Below are positions 42,773-57,600 of a stretch of DNA of 64,000 nucleotides, piece after piece. Position numbers and translations under genes: made by a program. Under the pieces are notes generated by a model. It did not search any database. It saw nothing but the letters and a program-made list of their open reading frames with translations, and was not told the DNA's origin. The stretch comes from Tubulanus polymorphus (Eukaryota > Animalia > Nemertea), in the NCBI RefSeq assembly GCF_964204645.1, contig NC_134033.1, forward strand, positions 11,788,655-11,852,654, written 5' to 3'. Each line of letters opens with the position of its first letter. Position 1 is the stretch's first letter.

Positions 42773-43030
42773 TACAGCGATTTATTTTTCACAGCGAAAG
42801 TATTTTCATTCGCGAATATTTTTCGATGAAAATTTATTTTTCATGACGAAATTATTTTAACTCATTTCGATGGAAAATTATTTTTCATGACGAAATTATT
42901 TTAACTCACGAAATATTTTTCGATGGAAAAATATTTTCACTCACGAAATATTTTTCACTCACAAAATATTTTTCGATGGAAAATTATTTTTCATGACAAA
43001 ATTATTTTTTGTCTGGAAATATTTTGATGG
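42773..43030. repeat. Degenerate ~19-bp AT-rich tandem repeat, also at 42280-42360 (interrupted by the MITE)
   Basis: Recurring AAATATTTTTCGATGG / AAATTATTTTTCATGACG. Confidence 0.7.
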
Positions 43031-43559
43031 CCCTTATCAGCCACCATAACTATCTATACAGTACATAAAATCACGATCGTGCTAACCACCGACCCGGCTG
43101 CTATAGAAATGGACTGATTACAACAAATCTTATTGGAATTCACATAAGTGACCCGGCCGCCAGTGCGTAGAAACAAGGTACCGGCATCAGTTTTTTGCAT
43201 AATTTTCAAAAATTTTCCGCGCGCGCAGCCTACCATTTGCGAGAGTATATCACAACACGTTTCACTTTCAAGATGAAAGTTTTACTTTCAGGAAAATCGA
43301 TTCAATGTTAACTCGAGAGTTGTTTTTTTTAGCAAAATAGCCTATATTTTGTTTGTAAGATGTATTACTAAGACGTTAATGAATTCATAAAGTTATCGCT
43401 GATTGAAATGTCCGTTAACGTATCGCTGCCTCATTTCGTGTCCATCACGAAGACCGTCATCTGCCCCGGGGTAATGTTCCTCCTAATCTGGTCGCTCTTC
43501 AAATCACACAAAGTTGTGAAGTAGCATAGAAGCCGCAATCACCGAACAGCATTTTTGAT

Positions 43560-43810
43560 CAGAAGTAGGATTCGCTAATTTCATCCGTAGCTGGGAAATT
43601 TCATCTCTTGGAAATGTGATCAGTTCATTGAGATGGTAGCTGATCGCGCTGTTGCTGATTTGAGATCTTCTCGCAGCATATCCACTAGTTCCAATACGGC
43701 GAATCTCGGCATTCTTAACCGCTTCATTATTTTAAGTCGTCATATACCTCAAATGCGAAAAATGCGTTCCCTCCGAAGATTTCGATATAACTCCCTTTCA
43801 CGTAGCAAAA
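43560..43810 (-). pseudogene. Harbinger/HARBI1-like transposase N-terminal relic
   Basis: LRRERIFR / FEVYDD / KIMKRLRMPRFAVLELVDMLREDLKSATARSATI with frameshifts, resembling HARBI1-family N-termini (recognised by eye). Confidence 0.55.
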
Positions 43811-43908
43811 TTGTTGAAAATCGTTTTTCAAAGCGGTTATAAGCCCTATCCCGGTGATAAATCGCTATCCAAGTGATGAATATTTTTATCACTGGGAAAG
43901 TGATTCAG

Positions 43909-44132
43909 CAGGCCAACACTAGGATTACTGCGTTTATTCACAGGCCAACACTAGGGTTACTGCGTTTATTCAGCAGGCCAATACTAAGATTACTGTGTTT
44001 ATTAAACAGGCCAACACTAGGATTACTGCGTTTATTAAACAGGCCAACACTAAGGTTACTACGTTTATTCACAGGCCAACACAAGGGTAACTGCGTTTAT
44101 TAAACAGGCCAACACTAGGGTAACTGCGTTTA
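43909..44132. repeat. 32-33-bp tandem repeat x ~7
   Basis: CAGGCCAACACTAGGATTACTGCGTTTATTAAA. Confidence 0.92.
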
Positions 44133-44524
44133 TATTTCCAAGTATTCATGGATGCTTTGACCGTCTGAGCATTCTTCCAAAGAATTTTCAAGAAGTTATA
44201 CTTTGGCACCAAGCGATTTCTGAAAAGTTAGAATTTTCTTTAAACCCTTCAATTCGATTGATGATGATTTGTTTAAAATTGATGTTACATTGAATGATTC
44301 ATTCTGTACAAATTCACTGCTTTTGCATTCACCCGCGGTTCCCAGATATTTCTATTCACTTTCAATTACGGACGTGGACGTGGACAAAAACCTCCGATTG
44401 GATGAATAAAAACTTTAAACCGTAATTCATTGAACGACAATCATCACTTAATATTTTATCATCACGATTTATTCAAAACAGAATTTTTACACGATATTTT
44501 CATTTTTCATTTCTACTTTTCATC

Positions 44525-44754
44525 CTCCCCCGACAGGGATTCGAACCTGATAGGATCGAAACTGCCTAGTTTGTTAGTAACCTAATTGTTGGCGGTAAGC
44601 CTTTATTATCGGATGGGCTTTGGCTTGTGAAAATATCCGATCGTGATAGTAAACTACCGAGAGGTTTAGCAACTAGGAGACTCCCATGGTACATACACAG
44701 TGCCGTGTCTAAGTGAAGCGATATGCTATGAGGTTCGAATCCCTGCTGAGAGAG
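44525..44754. mobile_element. Inverted-repeat element with B-box-like ends
   Basis: CTCCCCCGACAGGGATTCGAACCTGATAG ... CTATGAGGTTCGAATCCCTGCTGAGAGAG. Confidence 0.6.
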
Positions 44755-45108
44755 AATGTACTCGTTCAAATATAAAACAGATCTACAAATTATATACAAA
44801 CACGTTACCATTTATACACATGTACATGTACATCCAAACGATCTTTGTAACAATATTCAAGTTTACTGTCGATGAAGACATGAAGGTTGAGGACTAAGTC
44901 TACAATATACGGTACTCCTTTCCAGATCTTGCCATGCTGGTTATCAAGAAGTGACAACTCGATGACCAGGCCCCATACGGGAGCATCCGAATTTATCAAA
45001 AACGTTTGATATTTTTCCGGCACGGTTATGGTTATCGAACAAAAAACTGAGCGGGTCATCGTTAGTGCAGCCATCCGAAAAGGAAAATATCTTCAGATGA
45101 TTGTTACG

Positions 45109-45247
45109 CAGTAGAACTCAATCCGGATGATTAAGGACTGCACCCGGATTTCTATGAATTAAGTAAAATCCCAATTAAGGATAATAGTTTACACGGTTCC
45201 GGTTTAAATGGACCAAATAATTAATCTGAAATAAGCGAGTTCTACTG
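45109..45247. mobile_element. Short Tc1/mariner-type MITE
   Basis: CAGTAGAACTC ... GAGTTCTACTG-TA. Confidence 0.55.
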
Positions 45248-45447
45248 TACAAAGTTAAATAAATAAATAAAACAAAAGCAATTTTCATATGAATACAATA
45301 ACTACATATTCCCACACGCTTCTTTGCTATTTTACTGGCCAAAATGCAGTTTATAATACAAACGAGTTCATATATCAGTAAATGCCAATCATTTCATTAC
45401 AATAATAATGAGGGGGGAGGAAGGAAGGGGGGTGTAATATGGATGAT

Positions 45448-45634
45448 CTAATATTGAGGAGGTGGTTGTTGATATTGTCCGTATTGAGGTGGAGGACCTT
45501 GTTGAGGTTGACCGGGACCGCTACCACTACTGAATTGTCGCAATTTAGCTACAAGCGCTGCTGTCTGCTGCTGTTGTTTGGTTTGTTGCTGCATCTGCGG
45601 ATTCATCATTCCCTGTTGTTGTTGCTGTTGTTGC

Positions 45635-45686
<52 letters not shown>

Positions 45687-48600
45687 CGAGAAACATCTGC
45701 TGTTGTTGCTGTTTGCGAAGTTGCTGTAAACGTTGTTGCTGCGTCATCGGCATGTTCTGCATGTAACCTTGATTTGGATGTTGACCTTGCGGCGGACCAG
45801 CCGGACCACCATTGCCGCCTCCAGGGGGCGCCCCACCCGGTCCGACCTGGTTATACCCGGACATGCCCATTCCGTTGACATTAGGAGCCTGCATACCTTG
45901 ACCCATAGTCATTCTGAAATTACAAAATGTACGTTTATTTTAGCCCAATAAGTAGAAGCTCACTCAAATTCCAGAAGTCAACTTTGATAGGCTTAATCTC
46001 AAACCATTTAGGTAAATGAATCATTTATATTAAGGAAATTTTAGTTATAACTCTCGACCTACCCTCCAGGTTGGTAGCCAGATCTCGGCGGACCACCTTG
46101 CTGCATATAATTCTGATTACCAGCTGCCATACCGGGCGCCATCATCGGTTGTTGACCTTGGTACGATTGGTTAAAATTCGGCGAGATCATGCCCTGCGAT
46201 TGGTCTATCATGTTGTTAGGTGGTCCTTGCATCGAGTTGAATCCAGGATAGCCTTGATTCATTCCTGCAAATGCAACAATGCAGACAGGACTTAGAAAAT
46301 ATGAAGAGAAATGGTCAAAGCCTGTTGTTGCAACACCATCGATCCGCTTTAATGTCATTGCTCAATGAACATCAATATTCCTGAGAACGAATAATTTGAA
46401 TAAAATTCCATGAAAATAGTACAGCCAACTCCCGATATGCCACCCTATTTGCCGCCATCCCCGCCTACCACCAGGTTTTCTCAATGTACATCCCAATACA
46501 AATACATAGTAAAACACCCCCAATATAGCGCCATACTCTCTATACCGCCAAAATCGCTCTGCACCGATGTGGGCGGTATCAGGGGTTGACTGTATTCTCT
46601 ATCATACTGCCAAACTTAAAACATTGAATATATCTTGGTATACACGGCAGGACAAAGTAATTCAGTTAATAATCGAGGAAGCATGAAGTAATGTACAGAT
46701 TTTCCACATTACTTCCAGGAATACCGGTATTTAGAACTGTACCTTGTTGCATGTGCTGAGGTGGCATTGGTTGTTGACCAGGCATCGGTTGGCCGTACAT
46801 TCCCGGGTTGTCAGCCATTCGTGTCTGCATATTTTGTTGATGCTGAGCACGTAGCTGTTGTCGAATCAACTGTTGTCGCTGTTTATGCTGCATCATCTGC
46901 AAATTCTACCATATACACACGAATATAAGATTACACCTGGTACAATGGACGGAATTGATTTTTTTGGTGAGTTGAGCAACTGCATTTTCTATGACTTTCT
47001 TTAAGCTTTTTGATTCCCAGTCAGGGTGGCGCCACTTCCCCCAATTTACAAATTCTCTTTTTATGAATCACGTATTGATGAAGAAACGCTTGGTTAGCAA
47101 CATATCCAAATTCCCCATGTTTTCCCTGTTTTGTTCTATATTCTTCTGATTCCTTGAGCTTTCCAGGTTTGTGGCCACCCTGCCAGTTCCCAATACCTCG
47201 AGATCATACACTGCCAACTAAACTACTTGTCCCAACTAACCGAGCTGAGTTTTGACATAAATTAACCATCTAAGATTACAAACCTGTAACGATTGTTGAG
47301 GGTTTGCCATCATCGGGGGTTGCCTGGCACGCAACATACCCTGCAATGCTTGTTTCGATTGAGACATCCCACCTCCAAAACGAGGGCCACCTGCAAATCA
47401 TAAAATTCAAACGAAAATATTAACGCAGAAAAAATGAAACATCTGTGCAAAAAATCTGGCAAGTTTAGCCCCGTTCCAAAAACCGTGGAACCTCGTTAAA
47501 ACAATTATTAGTTATAACATTTCTTTTCTTTTTTTTACAAGAATTGTTCCTAGAAGGTCTTTTCAAATACGACTGACTATTGCTCATAATTCATTACTGA
47601 ATATAACAAACCATCGTTTATGACAAACACGGTTTTCCGGTCCACTGACTTCGTTTTAACAAGGTTCCACTCTAACAACGTACACAGTAAAGGCAAATTG
47701 TCCAATTTGTGGACACAATTTAAAACAAGTAAGCAGATCAAGGATTATCTTACTAAGAGAAGACAGGGATCCATTAGGCACCAGTTCTAACGACCAGGGT
47801 AAGCACACCCGATTGCAACTACTGATAATATATAATAGATCCATGGTCCACTACCGCAAATGGCAGACACAGAATACAATGGGTACATTATACACCGTAT
47901 TGCGGTGTAGAAAACACAGTGAAAGGGTTAAAATCAAGTAAAAAGATTTCGACTTAGTTGCTATTGACCCAATAGAAACTTCATCAGCTGAAAACAAGAT
48001 GAATTGTGTGATAGACAATACATACACACACAACTGGCAGACAGTTAGTTATACGGTTAGTTTTATAACTAGGGGTCCAGGGACACCATGCCCACTTGGG
48101 AAGTGGTTTCAAATGCTCAACAATCTAACAATTTCAACATTCAACGCCCCCTGGTGACCATTTACAAAAACCAATGACCTTGAAACTCACCACAATCATA
48201 GAACATGTCAGCAGCTACGATTTTGTAAGTGATTGTGATAACAAAATATGCCTCGTTACCAATTTAATAGGAAAATACTAAGTTATTCTACTATTCAACG
48301 CCTCCTGGAGACCATATTCAAAACCCAATGACCTCGAAACTCACCGCAATCATAGAACATGTCATGAACTACAACTTTGCAATTGATCATGGTAACAAAA
48401 TATGCCTAGGTACCAATATAATAAGGAAATACTAAGTTATTCTACTATTCAACGCCCCCTGGTGACCATATAGAAAAACTTATGTCCTTAAAACTCGCAA
48501 CAATCATAGATGATGTCATGTGCTACAACTTTCCAATTGATTGTAGTTACAAAATATGCATAGGTACGAATATAATAAAGAAATGCTAAGATATTGTATT

Positions 48601-51600
48601 ATTCAACACCCCCTGGTGGCCATATACGAAATCCAATTACCTTGAAACTCACCACAATCATAGAATACGTTATGAGCTACAACTTTCTAATCGATTGTGG
48701 TAGCAAAATATGCTAAGGTATCAATATAATGTGGAAAAACTTTTTCCCACTTACGAATGAGTACTGGTGACACCAAGATGGCCGCCAATTGCGTCATAAT
48801 TGGCTGATGAAAAATACATGTCTCAGGTATAAAACATCCCTTTCCAAAGAATACCCATCAAAAATTGTAATGAGAAATGGCAAACCAGTAGGAAGCTACA
48901 GGACTCAGAATTCGGGCCAAAATTAACATTTTTGGGCACTAAGAAGGTCATAGGACGGCCATCTTGAGTCCGACCGACCCAATTTTTGTTATGTTGATGG
49001 GCCCTGGGGGGATTCACATATATCCGAAAGATCAAGGTAATTGATCAAAGCGTCTTCAAAATTTCCCTCAAAAAGTTCAAAAATGTGTAAAAAGTGCTGA
49101 TTTTGGCGAACAACAATGGCTGCCAGTCGGCCATCTTGATTCTGACAGGGCCAGTTTTTGGGCTGAAGATGTGTCTAGGGTAGATACATGTGTAACCCAA
49201 ATATCAAGACATTACCTTGAAGCGTCTTCAAAACTTCCCAAAATAACTGGATTCCGTCTACGGACGGACGGACGGACGACGGACGAAAAGTGAACGCAAT
49301 AGCCCGCTGGGACTAAAGTCCCAAGTGGGATAAAAACTAGAGGAATATCCCGTCGTAAAGCCTTCAAACACGTACAATCGGACACAGAGAAAGAAACAAT
49401 CGAGTTATTGTTAAAAAGATCACCAGTACACAACCCCAACAACCAACACCGCATTATCACTCGCCTTGGAAATTTCACAATTTATCAAAGAAACTTTGAG
49501 CGTTTCAAATTAAGTGTAAACCCCACCCAATATTTTGCCTATGGTTTGCTTTTATGCAGATATGAATCTACAGCCTGGCACCATCTTTTCAGATATCAAA
49601 ATGTACTAATGATATAACTTGCAGGGGCCAATTGCTCGAAAGTTGGTTAGAGTTAACCAGGGGGGGATAGTTGTCAGAGGGATGGGTCCAGGCTGCAAAT
49701 TGATACTTGTGTACGCCTTGCAATTACCTTCCCCCCGGGAAGGAATTACTTCAATACTTACATTATCAATTAACCAAAAAATATGGCTGCCTGAATTTCC
49801 CCTAATGACATCATAATATTACTTAAACATCAAATAATTTTTTATACTGCAGTACCAGTGTCGACAGAGGACAATTGAACAAAGGCAGCCAGAGCTACGC
49901 TAGCTTTGGTTTTTGAAAATTTGAATTTTCGTGAAATTTCCGACCAGGCAAGAAGACAGAGAAAACAAAGTATCGAGAGATTTGTATTATGAAAACGGAT
50001 GAAATACTTTGAGTCGACGACATCGGCGGTGGCAGCGGCAACGATTGTTTAATATCTGGAACGATGTTTATATTGGTTTTCCTCGAACGTTCGCTAGAGG
50101 GCGTTGTTTCTGTTGAAATAAAGAATGTCGGGATAACATGCCGAAAGCGCGTACGCGTTTAACCGATAAGATACATAATGACACGTCGGAGTCCGACGAA
50201 GAACAATGAAGATAACTAAAAACATGATCATATACTTCATGGAATATTATACAGATAATATGTAATGAAGCGCAAAGCAATTCGACTAGAAAGTTCTCAG
50301 CAACTGTTTTATGAATATCAAATCATGCGGCCATAGGGATCATTCAATTAGTATGTAGGCGTAAATCTGCTGATTTTAAACTCCCCTGCCTTACACATTT
50401 ACAATTTTAGCAAATACCCACTATACCCTGTACGTACATACTAATTAAATGATCCCTATGTGTGCTTCATGACCCGGTTACATAGTGTTTGATTCTAAGG
50501 TTAAATCAGTTTATTTCCAACAGCTATAAAACTGCATCCAGTTCGACGGTTAAATTGAGTTCAAGCTGAATATGAAGAACCGTGCGTAAAAACTGGATTA
50601 CATACCTTTTGCAGTGGTCCAGTCGGCATTCAGTTATCCAAACTGACAAACTAAACATTTATCAGCTGGTATCACTGCCAAAGGCGTATTACCTCAACAA
50701 GCTTATCAGTAGTATTAGTATATTTATTTTTCATAACTCATACATACAATGTCACATTTGGACAGGTTTTAAGTGCACTATATGGTTATGATTATCAGTG
50801 CTTACGCGGTATCAATTTGGGGCCCATATCCACCCACAGACATTCAATACATATCACAATTCTTCCAATTTTTGATCACGCAGGCTTCACTCGTATTCAA
50901 GACTTCAGCCCAAACATTTTCGATGGTGTATAAACACCTGACATAACGTTTTATCAGCGCACAGAACGTGATGCATCCAGATTTCACTGAACAACAGCGG
51001 ATGTCTGATAGGAAGTGGTTATGAGTTACTGATTGATACCGGTATGCAACGAAATGGGGAAAGCAAGCAACAGGAATGAATGAAAAAACTTTTCAAGTGA
51101 TATCTACGTGCATAGATAGTAGAAAGGAATGCTGTATATTGAACAAAAGTCATAGGAAACTAAAGCCAGAAGAGTTTACGGTGAAGTTCAAGTCAAAGAA
51201 AGTGTAAAAAGCAGTGCTGTTAGAATAACTGTAATATGTAATATTTTGGTGCGTAGGATTGAGACGCAAACTCACTTTGACGTTTTTTTCCGCGGGTACT
51301 GGTCGTAGGCGGCAGCACGGGCATAGGGTTGGGATCGCCATCTGAAAGGCCAGTCAGTCATCATGCATGCGATACATTTGGCGTGAGGTATGAGACAAAA
51401 TATTTCTCGAAACAATTCACACGAACGGAGACATCATTCCTAACAGATCCGTAGTCATAGATAGCCAGTTCTAGCCCCTTTATATATACACTAGACTCCG
51501 CTGGCATTACCTCTCGTGGGACCGATAAATTCTCAACAAGGTACACGAAAGAACGATAACCACACTCAATCGTGGTGAACGGATAATAAGATAAAAACCC

Positions 51601-54600
51601 ACTATTTACAGATTAAAAGAATATTTAAAACTAGAATGTATTTATTCAATCTAAAATATGTATAAGACATGACGTTTCGATCTAATAGCAACCTGACGAT
51701 GATCTCTAGGGTGAGATCGAAACGTCGTGTCTTATACATATTTTAGATTGAACAAATAAATTCTTGTTTTTAAATTCTTTTAATCTGTAAATAGTAGGTT
51801 TTTATCTTATTAAGGTACACGAATTCCAGGGCAGTCAGAACAGGATTGTTATTACGTTGAAATGGGGTGAGAAGATTCATTAAATATGATGCGACTCTGG
51901 GGCAAACGGAGTCTACTGTATGAATAGATAGATTTCCTCCGAATAAATGCGTTCAACACATAACAGGGATTCATGAAGTTCAAAATCCTTGTTACGTGCA
52001 CGGTAATGTGTGGGATTACAGCCATCTAGTCTGAAAACACTCGTATTTCTCATGTTTCAATCTAGGACCATACTTAACTATTCGAAATGAAATGCTCACT
52101 ACGGATCTGCGCGCACAAACAACCTGACCGAGAACCTGACACAGACAGGTTAGGAATTCGATGAAAAGGTTTTTTTTATGAATTAACTTTCGAGAAGCGT
52201 GATCATTATACAGGGTACCCGTGTATACATAAATATTCGTTCATTCCAAGATCATAAGATAAGCAGGATTATGAATTGATGTAGCGCGTGCGAGGGCGGT
52301 CAATTCCATTACAATTTTTAAATTTCAAATTTGCGAAAGATTTTAACGGTTTTTCTGATATTCGTTAATAAATGACCACTCTAAAACGTAGCGAAATTTT
52401 CAGGGAACTGAGATTCTTATAAACGACGGTAGGACTCTTATCGAAACGGAACACATCGAAAAATATGAACAAAACATGAACTAGCGCTCTATTCGACATC
52501 GGCGACAATCTAACACGCAGGAAAAAACAGATCGCAACGAAAAATAATTTCACACCATGCGTTTATGAAAACATGGCTCGGATTACGCGCAACAGTAAAC
52601 CACGCGTAAGTCAGAAACGGAGGAAAATGTCGGTCCAGTTTTTTCTGATCATCAAATATACACGTATCTGAGTCGGCAGTCAGAAACTCGTCTTGAGTCA
52701 TAGTTTTTTATGGTCTGAATAAGCAGAAATGTATTAAATCTATTCATCGAATCAGACTGACTAAAATCTTGTTATGATGTAAGTAGGCCTCAGCCCTGCA
52801 GTCGATACATGGGAAAGGTTGATAAATCGTACTAAGATTTGAGCTGTGTCTAAGTCATAGATTGGCAGCTTTCTCATAGTCAGAGTTTCTCGAGATCGTA
52901 GAATATCATCCAGTTGCAAAACATCCGACTTACACATGGTTTACAGCAGCTCCGAGACCGAGCTTTGCGGTGTAACAAATTCGCACGTAGATACTCACCA
53001 GGGGGCAGATGTTGCTGGGGGTAATAGCCGGGAGGTTGTTGTTGTGGGCCAGTCGGGTACCAGTTCTGCGGTGGGCCTTGTTGGTACATGCCGGCATTTT
53101 GATCGTACGCGGCCATACCTCCTCTCATCGGCGGTTGCATGTAAGAAGTGTTGTAGGCCGGAGGATTCCTTGTTTGGCGCCGGCGTCGAGCGGGTTTCGC
53201 TTTTTTGTTGTTCGTCTCTTGTTTCAGTGATTCGGTGATGTCGATCACTTTCTCTTCCTGAAATACGACAAAACAAAATCATTCTTCATTGATGAGCACT
53301 CCGCAAAGAGATTAAGTACTGTAGCGTCACCTACGCGTTCAAACACCATATGAAACGATACATTCATATATATGCGCGGCAATGTGTAAAGCAGAGCGTG
53401 TGGTGTGTATACACTACTACATGCTTTAACGAACGCTGATTAACTCTATAAACATCTGTCTCATTAATGAATTATGCTTCTACTCATACGTACATGTTTT
53501 TCTGGAGGCGGCTCGAGATCTTCCGGAGGCAATGGAGGTGGCTCAGTGTAGTAAGTTTCGGGTTTCTTCAAATCGTGGGTATGATACATCAACAATCTAA
53601 AATACAGTTTTAACAGATTTACAACCAGTATGACCGGCTAATGAGGCTGTATGACAAGCAAATGAGGCTGTATGACAGGTAAAAGAGGCTGTATGACAGG
53701 TAAATGAGGCTGAGAATCCTGTTACTATTCACAGTATAACATTACATAAATGTACATAGCAGAATACCGGTATTATGTTTACTCTGGATTTTCATTTCCA
53801 AATAAATTTCATCGCTCTCAAATGATCCTATTGTCATAACTATTAAACAATCTTGGATCAGTTGCGTATTCAAGGCCTAGAATTAAGGCTAGATCTAAAA
53901 CCATCTTTGTTCTCTCACCAACTTAAGACGAGTCCCAAGATTTAGGACCACTTTCTGATTGAAATCATGACTGGCCCCAGATCTCTCTTGTTTTGTTCTA
54001 ACTTACCGATGCTGCTCTTGATATTTCAACGGTTTACGTTCCATTCTAACAGCGCCGAACCACGCCAGGGGTATCGTACCGGCGCTCTTCACACCCTCCA
54101 GTATATCCCACGCGGACACCTTGTTTTTCTGTTGCACCTGCAGGCCGAGTTTCTTAGTGAAGCTGAACACATTGTTTTTTAGTTTTTTCGAGTTTTTGTC
54201 TGGCTCGCATTGGAATATTTCGCAATGTCGTTTCGGAATAGGCAACAGCGTGCGAATGACGTCGATGCCTTCGGAATGTTTATCTCCGAGCTCTTTCTGG
54301 AAATTCAGAAAAAAAGGAAAAATATCAGATGAAAACAACAGTTTTAAGTTTATGTTCTATCATCCTCACTTGCCAGGGCTTGATTGCTTCCTGGCACCCT
54401 GTCTGCCCAAGAAATCTTGGATGGTGTACCAAAGCGGGTACATACGTACTTTTAGTTTTTTAATCAAATGCATGAACGTTTTTCGATTTTCTTCGCCTTT
54501 CTCTGGATCGGTACTGACCAACGTTCCGTGTACTAATACCGACAACATGTCGAACACAGTCGTAAATAACTCACTGAAAACACACAAATAAACATGTTTA

Positions 54601-57600
54601 ACATTACTGCTGATACAATCCACCCGGTTTCATTGACCAGGACCAGTTGTAAAATCAATGTTTATAATCAAGACCAGTCTATGCTCATTCTCGTGTTCAA
54701 TAGCCAATGGTTTTATTGTTTTATTGTCTGACAACCTAAGACTAGTCTAAGATGATTTTGATTCTATTTCCATAGCAAATCTTACAACTTTAAAAACCAG
54801 TCTTATATGATTTAAGATTACTTTGATTTTAGGGCAGTGTAAATGGTCCCAGGGCCCAATTGCATAGTCGAGACTCAAGTCCCAGTCATCAGGGCTGGGT
54901 TTCATAGATGTGGAAGAAAAATAGTCTCTGGGAACATTTTGAAATATGTTAGTTATTACCATGGTTTCTCATTGTAACTACGGCGGTTGTCACCCGGATT
55001 GAGGATCTACCCCGAGGGATAACTTTGATACTCAGTCTACGAAACTTGGCCCCGGTCTTAAATCTAAGTCATGACTGGGCAACTGGACAATCAATTTAGT
55101 TGTACCGCGATTCAACCCTGACTACTTACAAGTTAGACTGCGTGTCGATGACGCCGTAACTGACTAACTGTATTAGTAACATACACCAATCAATAGTATT
55201 AGACGTCGTACGTTGTATCGTATCAAACATGCCTCCAACCAGACTCAGTCTCATCTGTAACGCGTCCTGCATTATCTTCAACAACGAATAGTCTTCTTGG
55301 TAGACGGGTATTTCCTACGAGAGAACGGAAATTGAATACTAGATCATTCATAGGTCAAATTTTGTTTGAAAAAAAAAGTTTCAAATTTATTTCAACTTCG
55401 ACGGTTAGAACTTACGATCAGTCGAAATTCATTTTGGTTCTATAGATTATCTATTAACTTAATGCCAGCAAAAGTGATTTGAGCTCATTTTTAATCTAAG
55501 CCATAACTGTGCAATCTGGGCCAGGGCCCACGAGGCCAATTGCACAGTTACAGCATACACTTAACCCCATCTTGATTTCATTCCGTATAAACAAACCTCT
55601 TTAGCGTTCTGAATGAATTTCTCTAACTGGTTAAGGAGAGACCTCAACAGCGCTTCGCGTTCTTCGTCTTGTCCTTTTAAACAGTTTAAAACCAGCGACA
55701 AAAACGGCTGATGTCCGAGCAGTGATGTGCTGAAAATTAATAAGGTAATGGGTGAAATAAATTTTTTAGAAACATCCATTGAAAGGTCCATGAAGAAGTT
55801 AAAACAGTAATGGAACCTGCCCTAAAACTTTTATGATTCAATACAGCATAGATTGCCTAGGATAAAACTTAAAATGTTCCTCCTCCATTTCATACCCATC
55901 ACTCAGACAGCCGAAGTAAACTCGGCTTGCCTCAGATCTTGTTGGATTGATAAGTCTCCTCTGAGGCAAGCAGAGTCTACTTGAATAACCCTAAGCGACA
56001 GATCATTAAGTAAGTACACACCTTTTTAATAGGTTCCTCTCTTTTTCCGTTTTACTTTTCGCCGACCAAAATTCGTTGCCGCTTTCGAGGACTTTCGCGG
56101 CAGATTTGAGAACTTTGCCCTGAACGGAGGTGGGCATTTTAGCTATCAACGGAGCCAACAACCAAACACTGATGTCATTATCCGGCCGACTGTAAACAAA
56201 ATTTATCAAATTCAAATGAATTATGCGTAAATTCAATATGGATTTCACTGGAGCGCATGTTATCGATACAAGCGTGTAATGTTCAAGGCCTGTTTTAAGC
56301 CGGGTTATGGATCGCCGATGCCTTTTTCTACAATGCGCGTGTCACAAAGAAATGAATATCGAAAGCACTGAAGCATCTCTACGAACCCGTCTGCATAAAT
56401 ATGGCTGCCTCCATTATAACCCACTATTACATCACTGACTCTCTCCCCTTGAGCCTGCTGATAATACCTTGGGTAGTCTTCAGCAGGTCGAGGAATCGAA
56501 CAAAATTGAGCTAATTTGATCTGATTGTGAATGAAATCACTTTGATGATGTCATTGCGGGATGAATATGAAGGCAGACATCTTTTCTGTGAGTAGAAAAA
56601 GTGTCAACAACATCGAACATAAATTCTTTTGAATGACGACATAAAATGCAAAGACAAACGCTGGCAGGTATCAGCGTGGAGCTTCTTGGAACCAGTCCCC
56701 CTTTCAGACATTCAATATTTTAGTGTGCAGTGTCGATTACCGATAAACGCCTAATGTCTAATATCTTAGCTACAAACACCAGACATTAGACATTTGATCA
56801 GCATACTTTCACACACCCGACGCAAAGAACTGAACTGGTGTGAAGCCTGTTCGATCAACAATAACAGGAAAATTCGTCATGAAATATCGAATGGTGGTTC
56901 CAGGGGTGGTCACAGGAAGCAGATTGATACGTGTGATGACCCCTTAAAGGTTTTGGGAGTATCTTTACGTCCAATAAGTTTTTTCTCACAGAGTTTTGGA
57001 CGCAAATACTGTATACGTTCATGTCAACACCTAATAACTGAGCAATTCAAACGTAACTGCTAGTCCTCACTGTAATTTTGTTTGCCTGACATCTAACAGA
57101 TGTCACTAGTCTTTAATTCAAAATGACTTGAACCTGGGAAGCTACGGGGAAGGCTGAAAATTTACAAATCGTAAATGTTTTGTGCAATTAACTTGTAATC
57201 GAGGGAAAATGAACTCGGAAACAAATGAAACCTTTAAGGGGTCAATGATTATCGATAAATCATAGTATTCGAACGAAATCAAAAGAAAGAAAAAATGATA
57301 AGGAGAGATATTCACCTTAAACATTTTACTTTTTCGTTGAAGTGTACGTACATTGAAGGTTGCGGGCTACCCGGATCGCCGGAATAGAGTCCGGGGTTTT
57401 TAGTTTCTGTCTGCTGTTGGAATACCTGAATCGTACATTTGGCGAGGTTCTCCAGCAGCGAACTGAACTCCGACGACGGAGCTTGTTTAAACATTAACTG
57501 TAACTCGAGAAACGACACTCTCAACGACCATTGATCTAAATACTGAAATACAATCATTTTCTGTCTTAACTATTTACGTTATATTAGATGGACATTGAAC

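Noticed and set aside
45439-45766. Poly-Leu and poly-Cys ORFs
   Set aside because: Antisense of the MED12 polyQ codons.
50606-50642. Candidate MED12 cassette exon with a strong donor
   Set aside because: 37 nt, frame-shifting, with no supporting similarity.
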